Position numbers and translations under genes: made by a program | IMG/VR virus record: IMGVR_UViG_3300001866_000029 | Span: 1-31,968 of that record | From: a virus | Taxonomy: Duplodnaviria; Caudoviricetes | Strand: one strand, 5' to 3' | DNA length: 31,968 bases | Shown here: positions 23,054-31,947 of the stretch, one piece after another | Numbering within the stretch: position 1 is the first letter of the stretch | Layout of the letters: every line of letters starts with the position of its first letter | Notes under the pieces: generated by a model | What the model was told of the DNA's origin: nothing | The model's database searches: none | Seen by the model: the letters and a program-made list of their open reading frames with translations, nothing else

Positions 23054-24351
23054 TAGTACGCCCCTGAGTCAGCGGTAAGAATGGCAACAGAAACCGGCGC
23101 TTCGTAATCGGTCGCCGTGCCGGGGTTAAATCCCTTGAACTTGAGGCCAAGATCCAGCGCGTCGCCGTTTGCTTCGGGCTTCGGCGTCTCGGAAAGCTCA
23201 GCATAGGGGATTTCCACAAGCATGAGCGGACTCACGGAAAGGAGGAACGCATCCTCGACCGCGAAGTAATAGAACTGTACCGCGAGCTTTGTCCCGGCTT
23301 CGGCTTTCGGCCTCTCGAGGACTGAGGTCGCATCCAGCCGCAAGGTAGTCGATCCCTCGACCACGAACTTTCCGCGTTGCTGGTACATCCGGTCGATTTC
23401 GTCCTGCCCGTAGCCATCGGCAATATGCCCATTGTCGAACGATACCGCGTGCTTTCGGGTGTATGAATATTTAGTTCCTGCAAGAGAGGTTGAGCCGCCG
23501 CCGAACTTGTACGGCTTGAGCGTAGGAGCGGTCAGCACAGAGGCCACCTGCCCGATAGTCTCGCCCATGCCGATTACATCGATATCAGCTTCAACGTCTG
23601 CCTTGAGAGCCGCCGACATGGAGAGCTTATTGATCGCGTTGCCGTCGTACAGGTAGTTGTCCTGGTAACCGTCGCGCTGGATTGAGTACGTATCGCGCTC
23701 AGCGCCCAAGGTGAGGTTTGGAGTGAACTTGTGCAGATACGCGCCTGATCCGGTGCCCGTGAGCCAGAGGAAAGCGTACTTGCCCTTGGCCTGGAAGGTG
23801 CCAGCGACTACCGATACGATAGCGGTTGCAGCGGTGCCCGTCACAATCTCGCACTCATAATCAGTGTACGCGTCGATCACGGTCTTGAGTTCGCCCAGGG
23901 TGTCAACCGTGGTTGCGGTCAGCGTGAGGGTGCCGCTTGTCCCGAATGCCGCATCGTTGGATTCAGCGCCCAGCGCACCGATTTTTGAATTGATCGTCTT
24001 TGCGCCCAGGTCTGTCACGATTTTGCAGGATGCAGAGGATCCGGTGTACTTGATCTTGAGTAGGCCGATTACTTCTGCAACCGTGCCCTCAGTGCCGAAT
24101 ACACCCTTTAGCACGTGACCCCATCCAGCGCAGGGGCGAGGCGAGAGCGGTATAGAGCCTTTGACATCACCTGCAACGGCATACTCGCCCACATCCATGC
24201 CGAGTCCCGCTATGAGCGGATCGGTCTTTTTGACGATATCACGGTCAAGCGACCCGATATCCCGAATCGGTAGGACGGCGGCACGCGCAACGGCGGTTCC
24301 CGGCGAGCTCTCCTTGCCGATTGTGTACTTTACACTTTGTTTGAGCGCCAT
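23053..24351 (-). CDS. Major tail (tube) protein with an internal inserted domain
   Basis: IGKESSPGTAV N-terminus and Y.HKFTP motif; position; RBS AAGGAGG. Confidence 0.85.
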   Translation of the reverse strand: MALKQSVKYTIGKESSPGTAVARAAVLPIRDIGSLDRDIVKKTDPLIAGLGMDVGEYAVAGDVKGSIPLSPRPCAGWGHVLKGVFGTEGTVAEVIGLLKIKYTGSSASCKIVTDLGAKTINSKIGALGAESNDAAFGTSGTLTLTATTVDTLGELKTVIDAYTDYECEIVTGTAATAIVSVVAGTFQAKGKYAFLWLTGTGSGAYLHKFTPNLTLGAERDTYSIQRDGYQDNYLYDGNAINKLSMSAALKADVEADIDVIGMGETIGQVASVLTAPTLKPYKFGGGSTSLAGTKYSYTRKHAVSFDNGHIADGYGQDEIDRMYQQRGKFVVEGSTTLRLDATSVLERPKAEAGTKLAVQFYYFAVEDAFLLSVSPLMLVEIPYAELSETPKPEANGDALDLGLKFKGFNPGTATDYEAPVSVAILTADSGAY

Positions 24352-24361
24352 GACGCCCTCC

Positions 24362-24877
24362 TTATTCGCACAATATTTCGAACTTCGCTGTCATATCCGC
24401 AGTTACAAACCCGACATGATTAGCGGGTAATTCGTCCTTTTCGATGTGCGTAACCTTGGCTTCTTCCAAGAGTCCCCCAAGCGTTACATTGTGGCCGACC
24501 GCCTGCACAAGCGCGTCCATGTATCTCGTTAGCGCCGCAAGTAGTTTTTTCTCCCTTGTCTCTTGCAAGGCGATAATTACCCGCAGGCGCAAGGTGATAA
24601 ACTCGGAGTTCTGCCCTGCCCATTCAACGTCCACGGAATCGAGTTCCACCATGAGATACGGAAAGGGCCCTTCCATCGGTATAGATGAGCCTACAGCCGC
24701 ACGACGCAAAGCGGGCGGGTTGTAATCCTCATCGGGTACAAGGAAGATCGAGGGGAAAACCATATCGCCCGGCCACGAGGTTTGCTCCGCGTTTGCCGCT
24801 GTTAGGTATGTAGGGATGTATTGTGCAAGCCATACGGCCACGCCGTAGACGTTGGGTTCTATATTTGAGTAGGCCAT
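24362..24877 (-). CDS. Tail terminator / completion protein
   Basis: Position before the tail tube gene; FPYLMV and TLGG motifs. Confidence 0.7.
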   Translation of the reverse strand: MAYSNIEPNVYGVAVWLAQYIPTYLTAANAEQTSWPGDMVFPSIFLVPDEDYNPPALRRAAVGSSIPMEGPFPYLMVELDSVDVEWAGQNSEFITLRLRVIIALQETREKKLLAALTRYMDALVQAVGHNVTLGGLLEEAKVTHIEKDELPANHVGFVTADMTAKFEILCE

Positions 24878-25470
24878 TAGTCCAGCCCTCCCGGTACGTA
24901 CTTGCCTTCTTTCTCTAGCTTCTTGAGTTCACTTCTTATAACGGATTCTGTCATCTCTTCAAACTTTTGCGCCCAGGGGAACGCCTTCACCGATTGCGAC
25001 ATAAAGGGCCGCGCTTGCGTAACCTCAACCTTTTTGGCAAACACGATAGACCCGCCAGATATGGTAAAGGCTAAGGCCGAACGATTAAGGTTTTTATGGG
25101 TCATTCTTTCTTTTGGGGCTATGGTATATCCCCCCGCTTTTTCCATTATGCGCGATACCATCATTGTATCTGTATAATGGCCCGGCATCCTACCGGAGTA
25201 TGCTATCCTTTTGGGGCCAACCCAGTATATGAAAGATTGATAGCCCATTTTGCCTTGACCTATCTTTTTGCGCCCTACGGTAATTGATTTGCTTAATGTA
25301 CCCGAACCCTTAGAAAGCGTCTGCCCGGAAAGATAGCTTGAGCGTATAAACTGCTTGTATCTATAGGCAACGAGGCGAATAGTTTTGTCGGCAAGCTTAG
25401 AAGCAATGTCACCAAATGCGGCGAAATTGCTTTCTAGTTCACCGTTTACTTTAACCTCCATTACCATCAT
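24877..25470 (-). CDS. Neck / tail-completion protein (HK97 gp10-like)
   Basis: SG.L.KSI...I.PK...AL.F...FAKKV...ARPFM pattern; basic. Confidence 0.75.
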   Translation of the reverse strand: MMVMEVKVNGELESNFAAFGDIASKLADKTIRLVAYRYKQFIRSSYLSGQTLSKGSGTLSKSITVGRKKIGQGKMGYQSFIYWVGPKRIAYSGRMPGHYTDTMMVSRIMEKAGGYTIAPKERMTHKNLNRSALAFTISGGSIVFAKKVEVTQARPFMSQSVKAFPWAQKFEEMTESVIRSELKKLEKEGKYVPGGLD

Positions 25471-26069
25471 TCACGACTCCTAAAATCTTCAAGCATCATT
25501 TTTATATTCATGGGCATTTCGGTTTCCCATGATGTGTTCATTCCATCGGCGTTAGTCTGTGACCTCATGCCGATAAAGCCCATAGTCCCCACGCGGACAG
25601 CCATCCAGCGCACAAGCTCGAAGGCTGCGTTTTGCAGGATTTGCCACTTTGACGATGTGGATGCGTACCCGGCGTTGCATTCAAGTTTAACGCAAGCGGG
25701 AAGCTCGGGGAAGATCGCGGAATGCAGAAGGATAATCCCTGAGTTGATATAGAACGTGTACTCAGTCGATAGAATCTCGGACGATGCCGCGAAGGTACGG
25801 CCCGAATCGACATATAGATGTGCAATCGTGTTGACCGGGAAGCGGGGAACCACGAGGGTATTTGATCCGCTTCCATCGATGATAAGTGCAGTTGCCCCGG
25901 CGTACTCAACGGCTTTCAGCGCATCGCGTTTGCAATACGCTTCGATCCGGCTTGATGCCTGGTTGATAAGTGTCTGGTACTTGTCCTGATCGATATCGTC
26001 GGTGATCGAGAAAAGTACCTTGTATTCTGCCCACGTTACGAGGGCATTTGACGCCGGGGATACTGCCAT
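25467..26069 (-). CDS. Head-tail connector (HK97 gp6 / SPP1 gp15-like)
   Basis: LVT..E.K..........LI..AS..IE.YC.R...AGY......L..A...MP..IK.ML..FR pattern. Confidence 0.85.
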   Translation of the reverse strand: MAVSPASNALVTWAEYKVLFSITDDIDQDKYQTLINQASSRIEAYCKRDALKAVEYAGATALIIDGSGSNTLVVPRFPVNTIAHLYVDSGRTFAASSEILSTEYTFYINSGIILLHSAIFPELPACVKLECNAGYASTSSKWQILQNAAFELVRWMAVRVGTMGFIGMRSQTNADGMNTSWETEMPMNIKMMLEDFRSRE

Positions 26070-26071
26070 AT

Positions 26072-26797
26072 CTACCTCAACTGGATGCAGCGCACCCAAG
26101 AAATCGACGCCGTACGCGCATTGGCCGATCCTGCCCTAAGGTTAAGGCTGGGAGTCAAGTCGCCATCGGGAAGGCTTGCGGAAATCTGCGAGATGAGAAC
26201 GCTATCGTAGTAGAACTTCAGCGTGGTTCCATCCCAGTAGATTTCGAAGATGTGTTCGACGTCTTTCGTAATCGCAGCGGAAGCAACGCCGGTGAAGGTC
26301 TGCGTGCCGTCCTTGTATACCTTCATTTCGAGCGTAGTCGCCCCGTCGGTTTTCAGGAAGAACGCGCCCTCGACGTTGGTCGCAAGTACGCCATGCGCTA
26401 CTGAGGTTTTCAGTAGGTCGGTTTTCAGTTCACACAGGCCGACAAGCAGATCGACGTTTGTATCCTCGGACACCTGCAAGGCCGCGCCGAAGTAGCACGG
26501 TTTGCCGGATACGAGCTTGAATTGCTCGCCACGCACCTGGACGTTCAGGCCGTCGTACTCTGTTGCGTCGGTCGTGAGTACAACCGGCAAACCTGCGGTC
26601 TGGCCTACAGTTACAGCGGAACCAGCGCCTACCGCCGTAGCGATAAACTCGGTCGGGCTGTTTGTAGTGTCATCCGCAGGAGGCGGGCCGTTCAGTAGGA
26701 ACTTGCGGACGTTGTTCCCGAACGCATCGAATAGTCTGTGAGGATACGCCGAGTCATTATAGACCAGCGCATCGTTTATAGTATCGGACTTAATCAT
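26072..26797 (-). CDS. Probable head decoration protein with a ConA/LamG-like beta sandwich
   Basis: H.FEIYWDGTTLKFYYD strand motif; located between capsid and connector genes. Confidence 0.6.
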   Translation of the reverse strand: MIKSDTINDALVYNDSAYPHRLFDAFGNNVRKFLLNGPPPADDTTNSPTEFIATAVGAGSAVTVGQTAGLPVVLTTDATEYDGLNVQVRGEQFKLVSGKPCYFGAALQVSEDTNVDLLVGLCELKTDLLKTSVAHGVLATNVEGAFFLKTDGATTLEMKVYKDGTQTFTGVASAAITKDVEHIFEIYWDGTTLKFYYDSVLISQISASLPDGDLTPSLNLRAGSANARTASISWVRCIQLR

Positions 26798-26973
26798 CCC
26801 TTTCTCCTTGCCTTTTTAGGCGTTGGCTTTGCGGCTACTGGCTGCGCGGGCTCTACCTTCTCGGCAAGCCCGCCTGCAACCAACTCAGCGGCCAGCTTAT
26901 CTGGCAGATCGCGGAGGCCAGGCCCCCATGATCCGTCAATGCAGCTAACCGCCGATTTCAGCTTTACGATCAC
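26794..26973 (-). CDS. Small head-associated protein (59 aa, basic tail)
   Basis: GTGA-coupled to the capsid stop; DLP...A..LV.GG.AE motif. Confidence 0.7.
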   Translation of the reverse strand: MIVKLKSAVSCIDGSWGPGLRDLPDKLAAELVAGGLAEKVEPAQPVAAKPTPKKARRKG

Positions 26974-28088
26974 GCGTGCATCGCCAAGAGTTCGAGCGCC
27001 GAAGTGTCCCACAGTTTGCCGTCGATGCGCTCGGCAAAGTCCCAGTTGGTCGCATGGGTGTCTGCGTTCTCGGTGACCTTGAGAGCCAGGTTAGGGCGGC
27101 GCTCTCCGATTGCGTACCCGTTGAAGTTAACGCAGGAAATTACCTTCGCGCTGCCAGTGATTTCCGGGCAGTTCGAGTCACGGATGACCGGCTTGCCGAA
27201 CAGGGTTGCAAAGGGCGAATTGTGCATCCTGTCCTCGAAGTAATAGATCGGAGGTGTCCCGCCGTCGTTGAGAGCGCGAAGCACGGCAGCGGTCGAGGAG
27301 TGCATCACGTACACAGGGCCGCGATAGGTGGCAGGGTTGTTCGGGTCGTAAGCGCCCACAGCGCCCCATTCCTGTCCAAGCAGCTCGTCGAAGGCCACAA
27401 GCTCGGCATAGGTGATCGCGGAAGCGGAAGCCGTGGTTTTGGTAGCCGTCTCGACGAAGATGCCCTTGGGCTGTCCAGAGCCAGTGCCGGTGAGGAAAAG
27501 ATCGTTTTCGGCTTTGGCAATGGCAACGGCGGCGAGCTTCTGGAAGATTGCGAAGCGTTCAAGCACGGTGTCCTCGGTGGCTTCCTCGGTGATCGAGTAG
27601 CGCCCGCCCAGCTTGACCAGCGCCATCGTAACGGCGGAGGGTTCGCCCTTGTCGGCATAGGAACCGGCCTCGGCTATGATCGCGGCTGCGTTCTTGATTA
27701 CGTCAGCCGTGAAGGTGAGGGAGCCGGAGGGAGCACCGAATACCTGAGCACCCCAGCGCCTAGCGATGGAATAGAAGTTCAGGTTCGCAAGGAACTCGGG
27801 CATAGCAACCGTGGGAATGCCGAATCCATCTGAGGTCTTTATGATCGCAGCGGAGTCTTTGGGCTTCATCCTGCCCATGAGTAGCGGGACAAGCAGATCG
27901 GAAATCTTGTCGCTCTGCACCTGGTTTTCAAGTGCCCGTCCAGCGGGAACCATCTTGAGAACCACAGGGGCAACCTTATCGGTTATCATTTTCAGGAAGT
28001 TCTCGTCCTGGGCGAGGTCGAGGCCGGGTGCTCCGGCCTGGGGAGCCGCAACCTGTGCGGACTGGGTCTGGATGGTAGTTTCGTCCAT
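26970..28088 (-). CDS. Major capsid protein from an internal in-frame start (372 aa)
   Basis: AAAGGAG-N6-ATG (MDETTIQ) at codon 221 of the fusion ORF. Confidence 0.7.
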   Translation of the reverse strand: MDETTIQTQSAQVAAPQAGAPGLDLAQDENFLKMITDKVAPVVLKMVPAGRALENQVQSDKISDLLVPLLMGRMKPKDSAAIIKTSDGFGIPTVAMPEFLANLNFYSIARRWGAQVFGAPSGSLTFTADVIKNAAAIIAEAGSYADKGEPSAVTMALVKLGGRYSITEEATEDTVLERFAIFQKLAAVAIAKAENDLFLTGTGSGQPKGIFVETATKTTASASAITYAELVAFDELLGQEWGAVGAYDPNNPATYRGPVYVMHSSTAAVLRALNDGGTPPIYYFEDRMHNSPFATLFGKPVIRDSNCPEITGSAKVISCVNFNGYAIGERRPNLALKVTENADTHATNWDFAERIDGKLWDTSALELLAMHA

Positions 28089-28748
28089 GACCGTCTCCTT
28101 TGTTTCAGGCGCGGAGTCCGCGTCCTGATGCGATGCCAAGAGCGCCAACGGCGCTTTTCTAAAACCATATTTCTCTACGTTAAGGCAGGCGGCGGCTTGC
28201 GCCGTTTCCTCAACGCGGGAAGCAAAGCCATATTCCACAGCGTCGGCTGCGGATATCCACGTCTCATCGGCCATCATCTTGATAATCTCATCGCGGGTGA
28301 GGGCGGATCGCTCGGTGTAAAGATTGATAATGTCCTCTTTCATCTGATCCATAGTCGATGCCATTTTCCGCAAGTCCTCGGACGTGCCGATTGCGAATGT
28401 CCAGGGATCGTGAACCATGAGATAGGTTCCCCGATCCATGATGAGCTCTTTACCTGCAAGGGCGACAACCGAACCCATCGACGCGGCAAGGCCGACAACC
28501 TCAACGGTCAGCCTATCCTTTACCCGGGACAGGATGTTATAGATCGCCCATCCATCGGTTACCACGCCGCCCGGCGAGTTGATATTCAGGTGTATAGACT
28601 TGCGTCCCTTGATTTTGTCAAACTCGGCCTTGAAGTCCTCGACGCTCTGGCCCCAGCCGCCGATTTCATCGAACAGGTTTATCTCGGCCTCGTCCTCGGC
28701 CAGGTCTACAAAGCGGAACCAGGGGCGCTTTTCTTTTTCATCTTTCAC
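26970..28748 (-). CDS. ClpP-type prohead protease fused to HK97-fold major capsid protein
   Basis: INSPGG, GLAASMGS and LMVHDPW (S14 family); C-terminal FLTGTGSGQPKGI, TLFGKPV and AERIDGK. Confidence 0.92.
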   Translation of the reverse strand: MKDEKEKRPWFRFVDLAEDEAEINLFDEIGGWGQSVEDFKAEFDKIKGRKSIHLNINSPGGVVTDGWAIYNILSRVKDRLTVEVVGLAASMGSVVALAGKELIMDRGTYLMVHDPWTFAIGTSEDLRKMASTMDQMKEDIINLYTERSALTRDEIIKMMADETWISAADAVEYGFASRVEETAQAAACLNVEKYGFRKAPLALLASHQDADSAPETKETVMDETTIQTQSAQVAAPQAGAPGLDLAQDENFLKMITDKVAPVVLKMVPAGRALENQVQSDKISDLLVPLLMGRMKPKDSAAIIKTSDGFGIPTVAMPEFLANLNFYSIARRWGAQVFGAPSGSLTFTADVIKNAAAIIAEAGSYADKGEPSAVTMALVKLGGRYSITEEATEDTVLERFAIFQKLAAVAIAKAENDLFLTGTGSGQPKGIFVETATKTTASASAITYAELVAFDELLGQEWGAVGAYDPNNPATYRGPVYVMHSSTAAVLRALNDGGTPPIYYFEDRMHNSPFATLFGKPVIRDSNCPEITGSAKVISCVNFNGYAIGERRPNLALKVTENADTHATNWDFAERIDGKLWDTSALELLAMHA

Positions 28749-29944
28749 TTTATGGCCTCCGTGTTAAGTTGTCTCAGGCGTACATCCCCGCCATCGTAGG
28801 GATTCGCGTCCTCTTTTGCGCGTACTTCGTTGGGTGAGTAAATGCCGTTCTGTATTGCCAGTTGATACGCCTGGTATCGCTCGATGGTCTTGCCTCTCAA
28901 GAGCGCGTCCATGTTGTACTTCCAGTAATAGAACTTGCGGTCAGCCGGGGTCAGTAATTGATGCGCCGTGTTCTTTTCCCAGCGGACGAAGTGCGGCATC
29001 ATCGTATACTCTAGGAACTCCCGCGCCTGTTCCTCGATGTTGGAGAAGGTAGCCCTCTCAAGGGACTGCACAAGGTGGGGAGGCATACGGAAGATACGGC
29101 ATATCTCGATCACCTGTTCACGCCGTGCCTCTACAAGCTGGGAATTTTCCGCGTCGTCTCCTACCTTCTGGAGCTTCATATCCTCCTCAAGTAGGGCGAA
29201 CTTGTGCCGCTTTTTCGAGCCTCTAAAATTATTTTTGAAGCTATCCTCAAGGCGCTTTGCGGCCTCGACCGATAGATGTTTAGGATGGATTAGCACGGTT
29301 GCCGGGGTTGCGCCATTGGCATAATAGGCCGACGCGTATTCCTGCTGCCCGATTGCCAGGCCCAGCGCATCACGCGCACGGCTTACAAGCGAATCCCCGC
29401 GATACCCGTCGCCGTTGACGATAGGGCCGGGGAGGTGGAATATCTTGTCTCGCCCGAACTCCTTGCCGTCAATCACGTATCGAATCTGCCCAAAGCTGTT
29501 AAGGAACACATTTGATACGCGGTCAGGGTGTATGCGGTGCATTGCATACAGTGTCCCGGCCAGGGAGTTTTCCTTCTCCGCAAAGCCGTCGCCATGCAGA
29601 AGGCTATCAGCAGTCAGGGCTTGCCGGAACAGATCGGCGGTCTGGTAATCGTTAGGAGCATCGGCAAGGAGGCGCATCTCGTCCCGCTCGTAGGCAGGGC
29701 GATACGTGCCGTTAAACTCGTGGAACATTTTGAAAGGCAGCATTCCGCACGTCTCGGAGATTGCCCGGACACAGGCCAGGACAGCCGGAATCTTTAGGCA
29801 CTCGTCAACCGTGACCGTGTTGCCCGATGTGGAGAGCCCCCATATATTCGTATACGTCGCTTGATTCGGCGGTAACTCTCGGCTTGCGAATACCTGCCGG
29901 AGCCTGGAGAATATGCCCGCGCGTTCTATTTCGTGCTCTTTCAT
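28745..29944 (-). CDS. HK97-family portal protein
   Basis: AVLACVR.ISE, PN.YQT, NGATP, EICRIFRMPP, FSNIEEQ and SPNEVR motifs. Confidence 0.96.
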   Translation of the reverse strand: MKEHEIERAGIFSRLRQVFASRELPPNQATYTNIWGLSTSGNTVTVDECLKIPAVLACVRAISETCGMLPFKMFHEFNGTYRPAYERDEMRLLADAPNDYQTADLFRQALTADSLLHGDGFAEKENSLAGTLYAMHRIHPDRVSNVFLNSFGQIRYVIDGKEFGRDKIFHLPGPIVNGDGYRGDSLVSRARDALGLAIGQQEYASAYYANGATPATVLIHPKHLSVEAAKRLEDSFKNNFRGSKKRHKFALLEEDMKLQKVGDDAENSQLVEARREQVIEICRIFRMPPHLVQSLERATFSNIEEQAREFLEYTMMPHFVRWEKNTAHQLLTPADRKFYYWKYNMDALLRGKTIERYQAYQLAIQNGIYSPNEVRAKEDANPYDGGDVRLRQLNTEAIK

Positions 29945-31470
29945 AGGGCGATAATCCCCCTTGTCTCGTAGACGCTCTCGCCGTCGCCTTCGTGCCTAAT
30001 CGCTCGATCAAGCGCCATGATGAGCGCAACAATACCGTCTATCTTTTCCGTTGACTTCTCTTTATCCGGCTTTAGGTTCCCGGCGGGGTCTTTGCGTACT
30101 ACCATGTTGTCGGCCATCCAGCGCAATACAGGATTGCCGCCGTGCCGTATCTTGTGCCCCAGTACGAGGTTTAACAGTTCCTTGGTGGGCCCGGACATCG
30201 ACTGGAAGCCCTGCCCAAAGGGAACCATCGTCGCCCCGTCATCCTCAAGATCGCGCACAAGCTGGGAAGCGTTCCAGCGGTCGTAGGCAATCTCAAGTAT
30301 TTGGTATCGCTCGCCCAAGTCCCGCACCTTTTCGCGGATCGCGTTATAGTCAATCGTGTTCCCCGGCGTTGTCTCGATGTACCCTGCGTCTACCCATTGA
30401 GCATACATCTCGTGATCGTGCTTTGTGCGTAGCGTTTCCTCGGGAATCCAGAAGTGCGGCATGACATCGAATGTCCCGTCATCGTTTATATGCACCATAA
30501 CAAAAGCTGCAATATCCGTAGTAGATGCAAGGTCAAGGCCAGCGTACATCTCGCCATCGGAGTCTAAATCCTCAAGCGGCAGGCAAGCGTCCCAATGCGA
30601 CATTGGCAGGAACCGGCTCTCTTGTTTTACCCATTGGTTCAAGCGTAGCTGCCGGAAAGTATTTTCAAGCGCCGGTGTTTCTTGCGCCATCTTGCAGGCT
30701 TCGCGTACTGAGTTTATGGATATCGTATGGTCAAGGGAGGGATTGCACTTGTACCAAACTTTCTCATCCGTCCAGTCATCGTCATCCTTGGCATAGTACA
30801 GGACGGGCAAGAATGAAGGATCGTCAACAATCCCTTCGGCCACCTTGCGGGCATACTCGTGCTGTTCAAAGCATATCGAATGGCGGTCATATCCCGCCGT
30901 TGTGATCGCAAAGAAAATAGGTTGCAGTCTAGCGTCGCCTGATCCGGCGGTCAGTACGTCCCACAGTTCCCGGTTAGGCTGGGCGTGTAGCTCGTCGAAG
31001 ATTACCGCCTGAGTATTAAAGCCGTGTTTAGTATGTGCTTCTGCGGAGAGTACGCGGTAGACTCCGCCGTTGTTATGTATGATGCGTTTTGTCGAATCAA
31101 TGATTTTGCAGCGCCGTGCAAGTGCCGGGTTATTGCGTACCATCTCAGCCGCAACGTTAAACACGATAGCGGCCTGATCGCGGTCGGATGCGGCGCTATA
31201 TATCTCAGCACCAGGCTCATTGTCGGCAAATAATAGCCGTAATGCAATGCCAGCGCCAAGCTCGGACTTTCCATTTTTCTTAGGGATTTCAACGTAGACG
31301 CGCTTGTACTGTCTGGTGCCATCGGCCTTGATAGTGCCGAATAGCTTGCCGATAACTTCTTTCTGCCAGGGTAGCAGTTCAAAGGGAGTTCCAGCCCAGC
31401 GGCCTTTCGTGTGAGTAAGATAGCGCGGGAACCAATCAATCGCGCGCTGGGCCAACTCTGGGTTGAACAT
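29941..31470 (-). CDS. terL: Terminase large subunit
   Basis: EIPKKNGKS, IFDELH, ITTAG, GLDLAST and KIDGIVA motifs. Confidence 0.97.
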   Translation of the reverse strand: MFNPELAQRAIDWFPRYLTHTKGRWAGTPFELLPWQKEVIGKLFGTIKADGTRQYKRVYVEIPKKNGKSELGAGIALRLLFADNEPGAEIYSAASDRDQAAIVFNVAAEMVRNNPALARRCKIIDSTKRIIHNNGGVYRVLSAEAHTKHGFNTQAVIFDELHAQPNRELWDVLTAGSGDARLQPIFFAITTAGYDRHSICFEQHEYARKVAEGIVDDPSFLPVLYYAKDDDDWTDEKVWYKCNPSLDHTISINSVREACKMAQETPALENTFRQLRLNQWVKQESRFLPMSHWDACLPLEDLDSDGEMYAGLDLASTTDIAAFVMVHINDDGTFDVMPHFWIPEETLRTKHDHEMYAQWVDAGYIETTPGNTIDYNAIREKVRDLGERYQILEIAYDRWNASQLVRDLEDDGATMVPFGQGFQSMSGPTKELLNLVLGHKIRHGGNPVLRWMADNMVVRKDPAGNLKPDKEKSTEKIDGIVALIMALDRAIRHEGDGESVYETRGIIAL

Positions 31471-31922
31471 CAGTCTAAATCCTCATCCCCGCCGTCATCT
31501 TTCGGCGTTAGGTCAATCCGGCTGCGGGCGCTCGGCGTAAATCCGAACTGTATCGCGAAGTCCTTAACCTGCTTCATTGCCGTGTTCGCCATTGCCACTT
31601 CCGGCCTCGGCATTACGTAGCCGGTAGCTGTTTCGAATACGTGCCCCTTCTCTTGGATAACCGCCTCTGCCTGTTGCAGATCGGAATAGGCTTTGCAGTA
31701 ACACGCGAAGGCCGCAAGATCGCCAGCGGTCAGCATCGCAAGATTGCCAAGCTCTGGGCCTATCCTCGCCCACTCTTTCCGTGCAAGGTCATCGAGCCAA
31801 TCAGGGCAGGCCGGTACTTTCGGGCTAAACTTGGGCGGGCGCTTGCGGTTCTTCTCGTGCCCTTTATTGCCCTCAAGCCGCTTGACCTCGTCGGGCTTCG
31901 GCGCTGGCCCCCTAACTCCCAT
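31470..31922 (-). CDS. terS: Terminase small subunit (P27 family)
   Basis: RGP.PKP...LEGN.G, P.WL...AR.EW and FGFTPSARSR motifs. Confidence 0.95.
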   Translation of the reverse strand: MGVRGPAPKPDEVKRLEGNKGHEKNRKRPPKFSPKVPACPDWLDDLARKEWARIGPELGNLAMLTAGDLAAFACYCKAYSDLQQAEAVIQEKGHVFETATGYVMPRPEVAMANTAMKQVKDFAIQFGFTPSARSRIDLTPKDDGGDEDLD

Positions 31923-31947
31923 GCTACAAAACCCCCGCCCCGGAAAC

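Noticed and set aside
26976-27833. Long plus-strand ORFs (285 aa here; also 28128-28799, 16055-16687, 13190-13738, 8283-8849)
   Set aside because: Antisense shadows of well-supported minus-strand genes; no RBS, no motifs and no plus-strand promoter seen.
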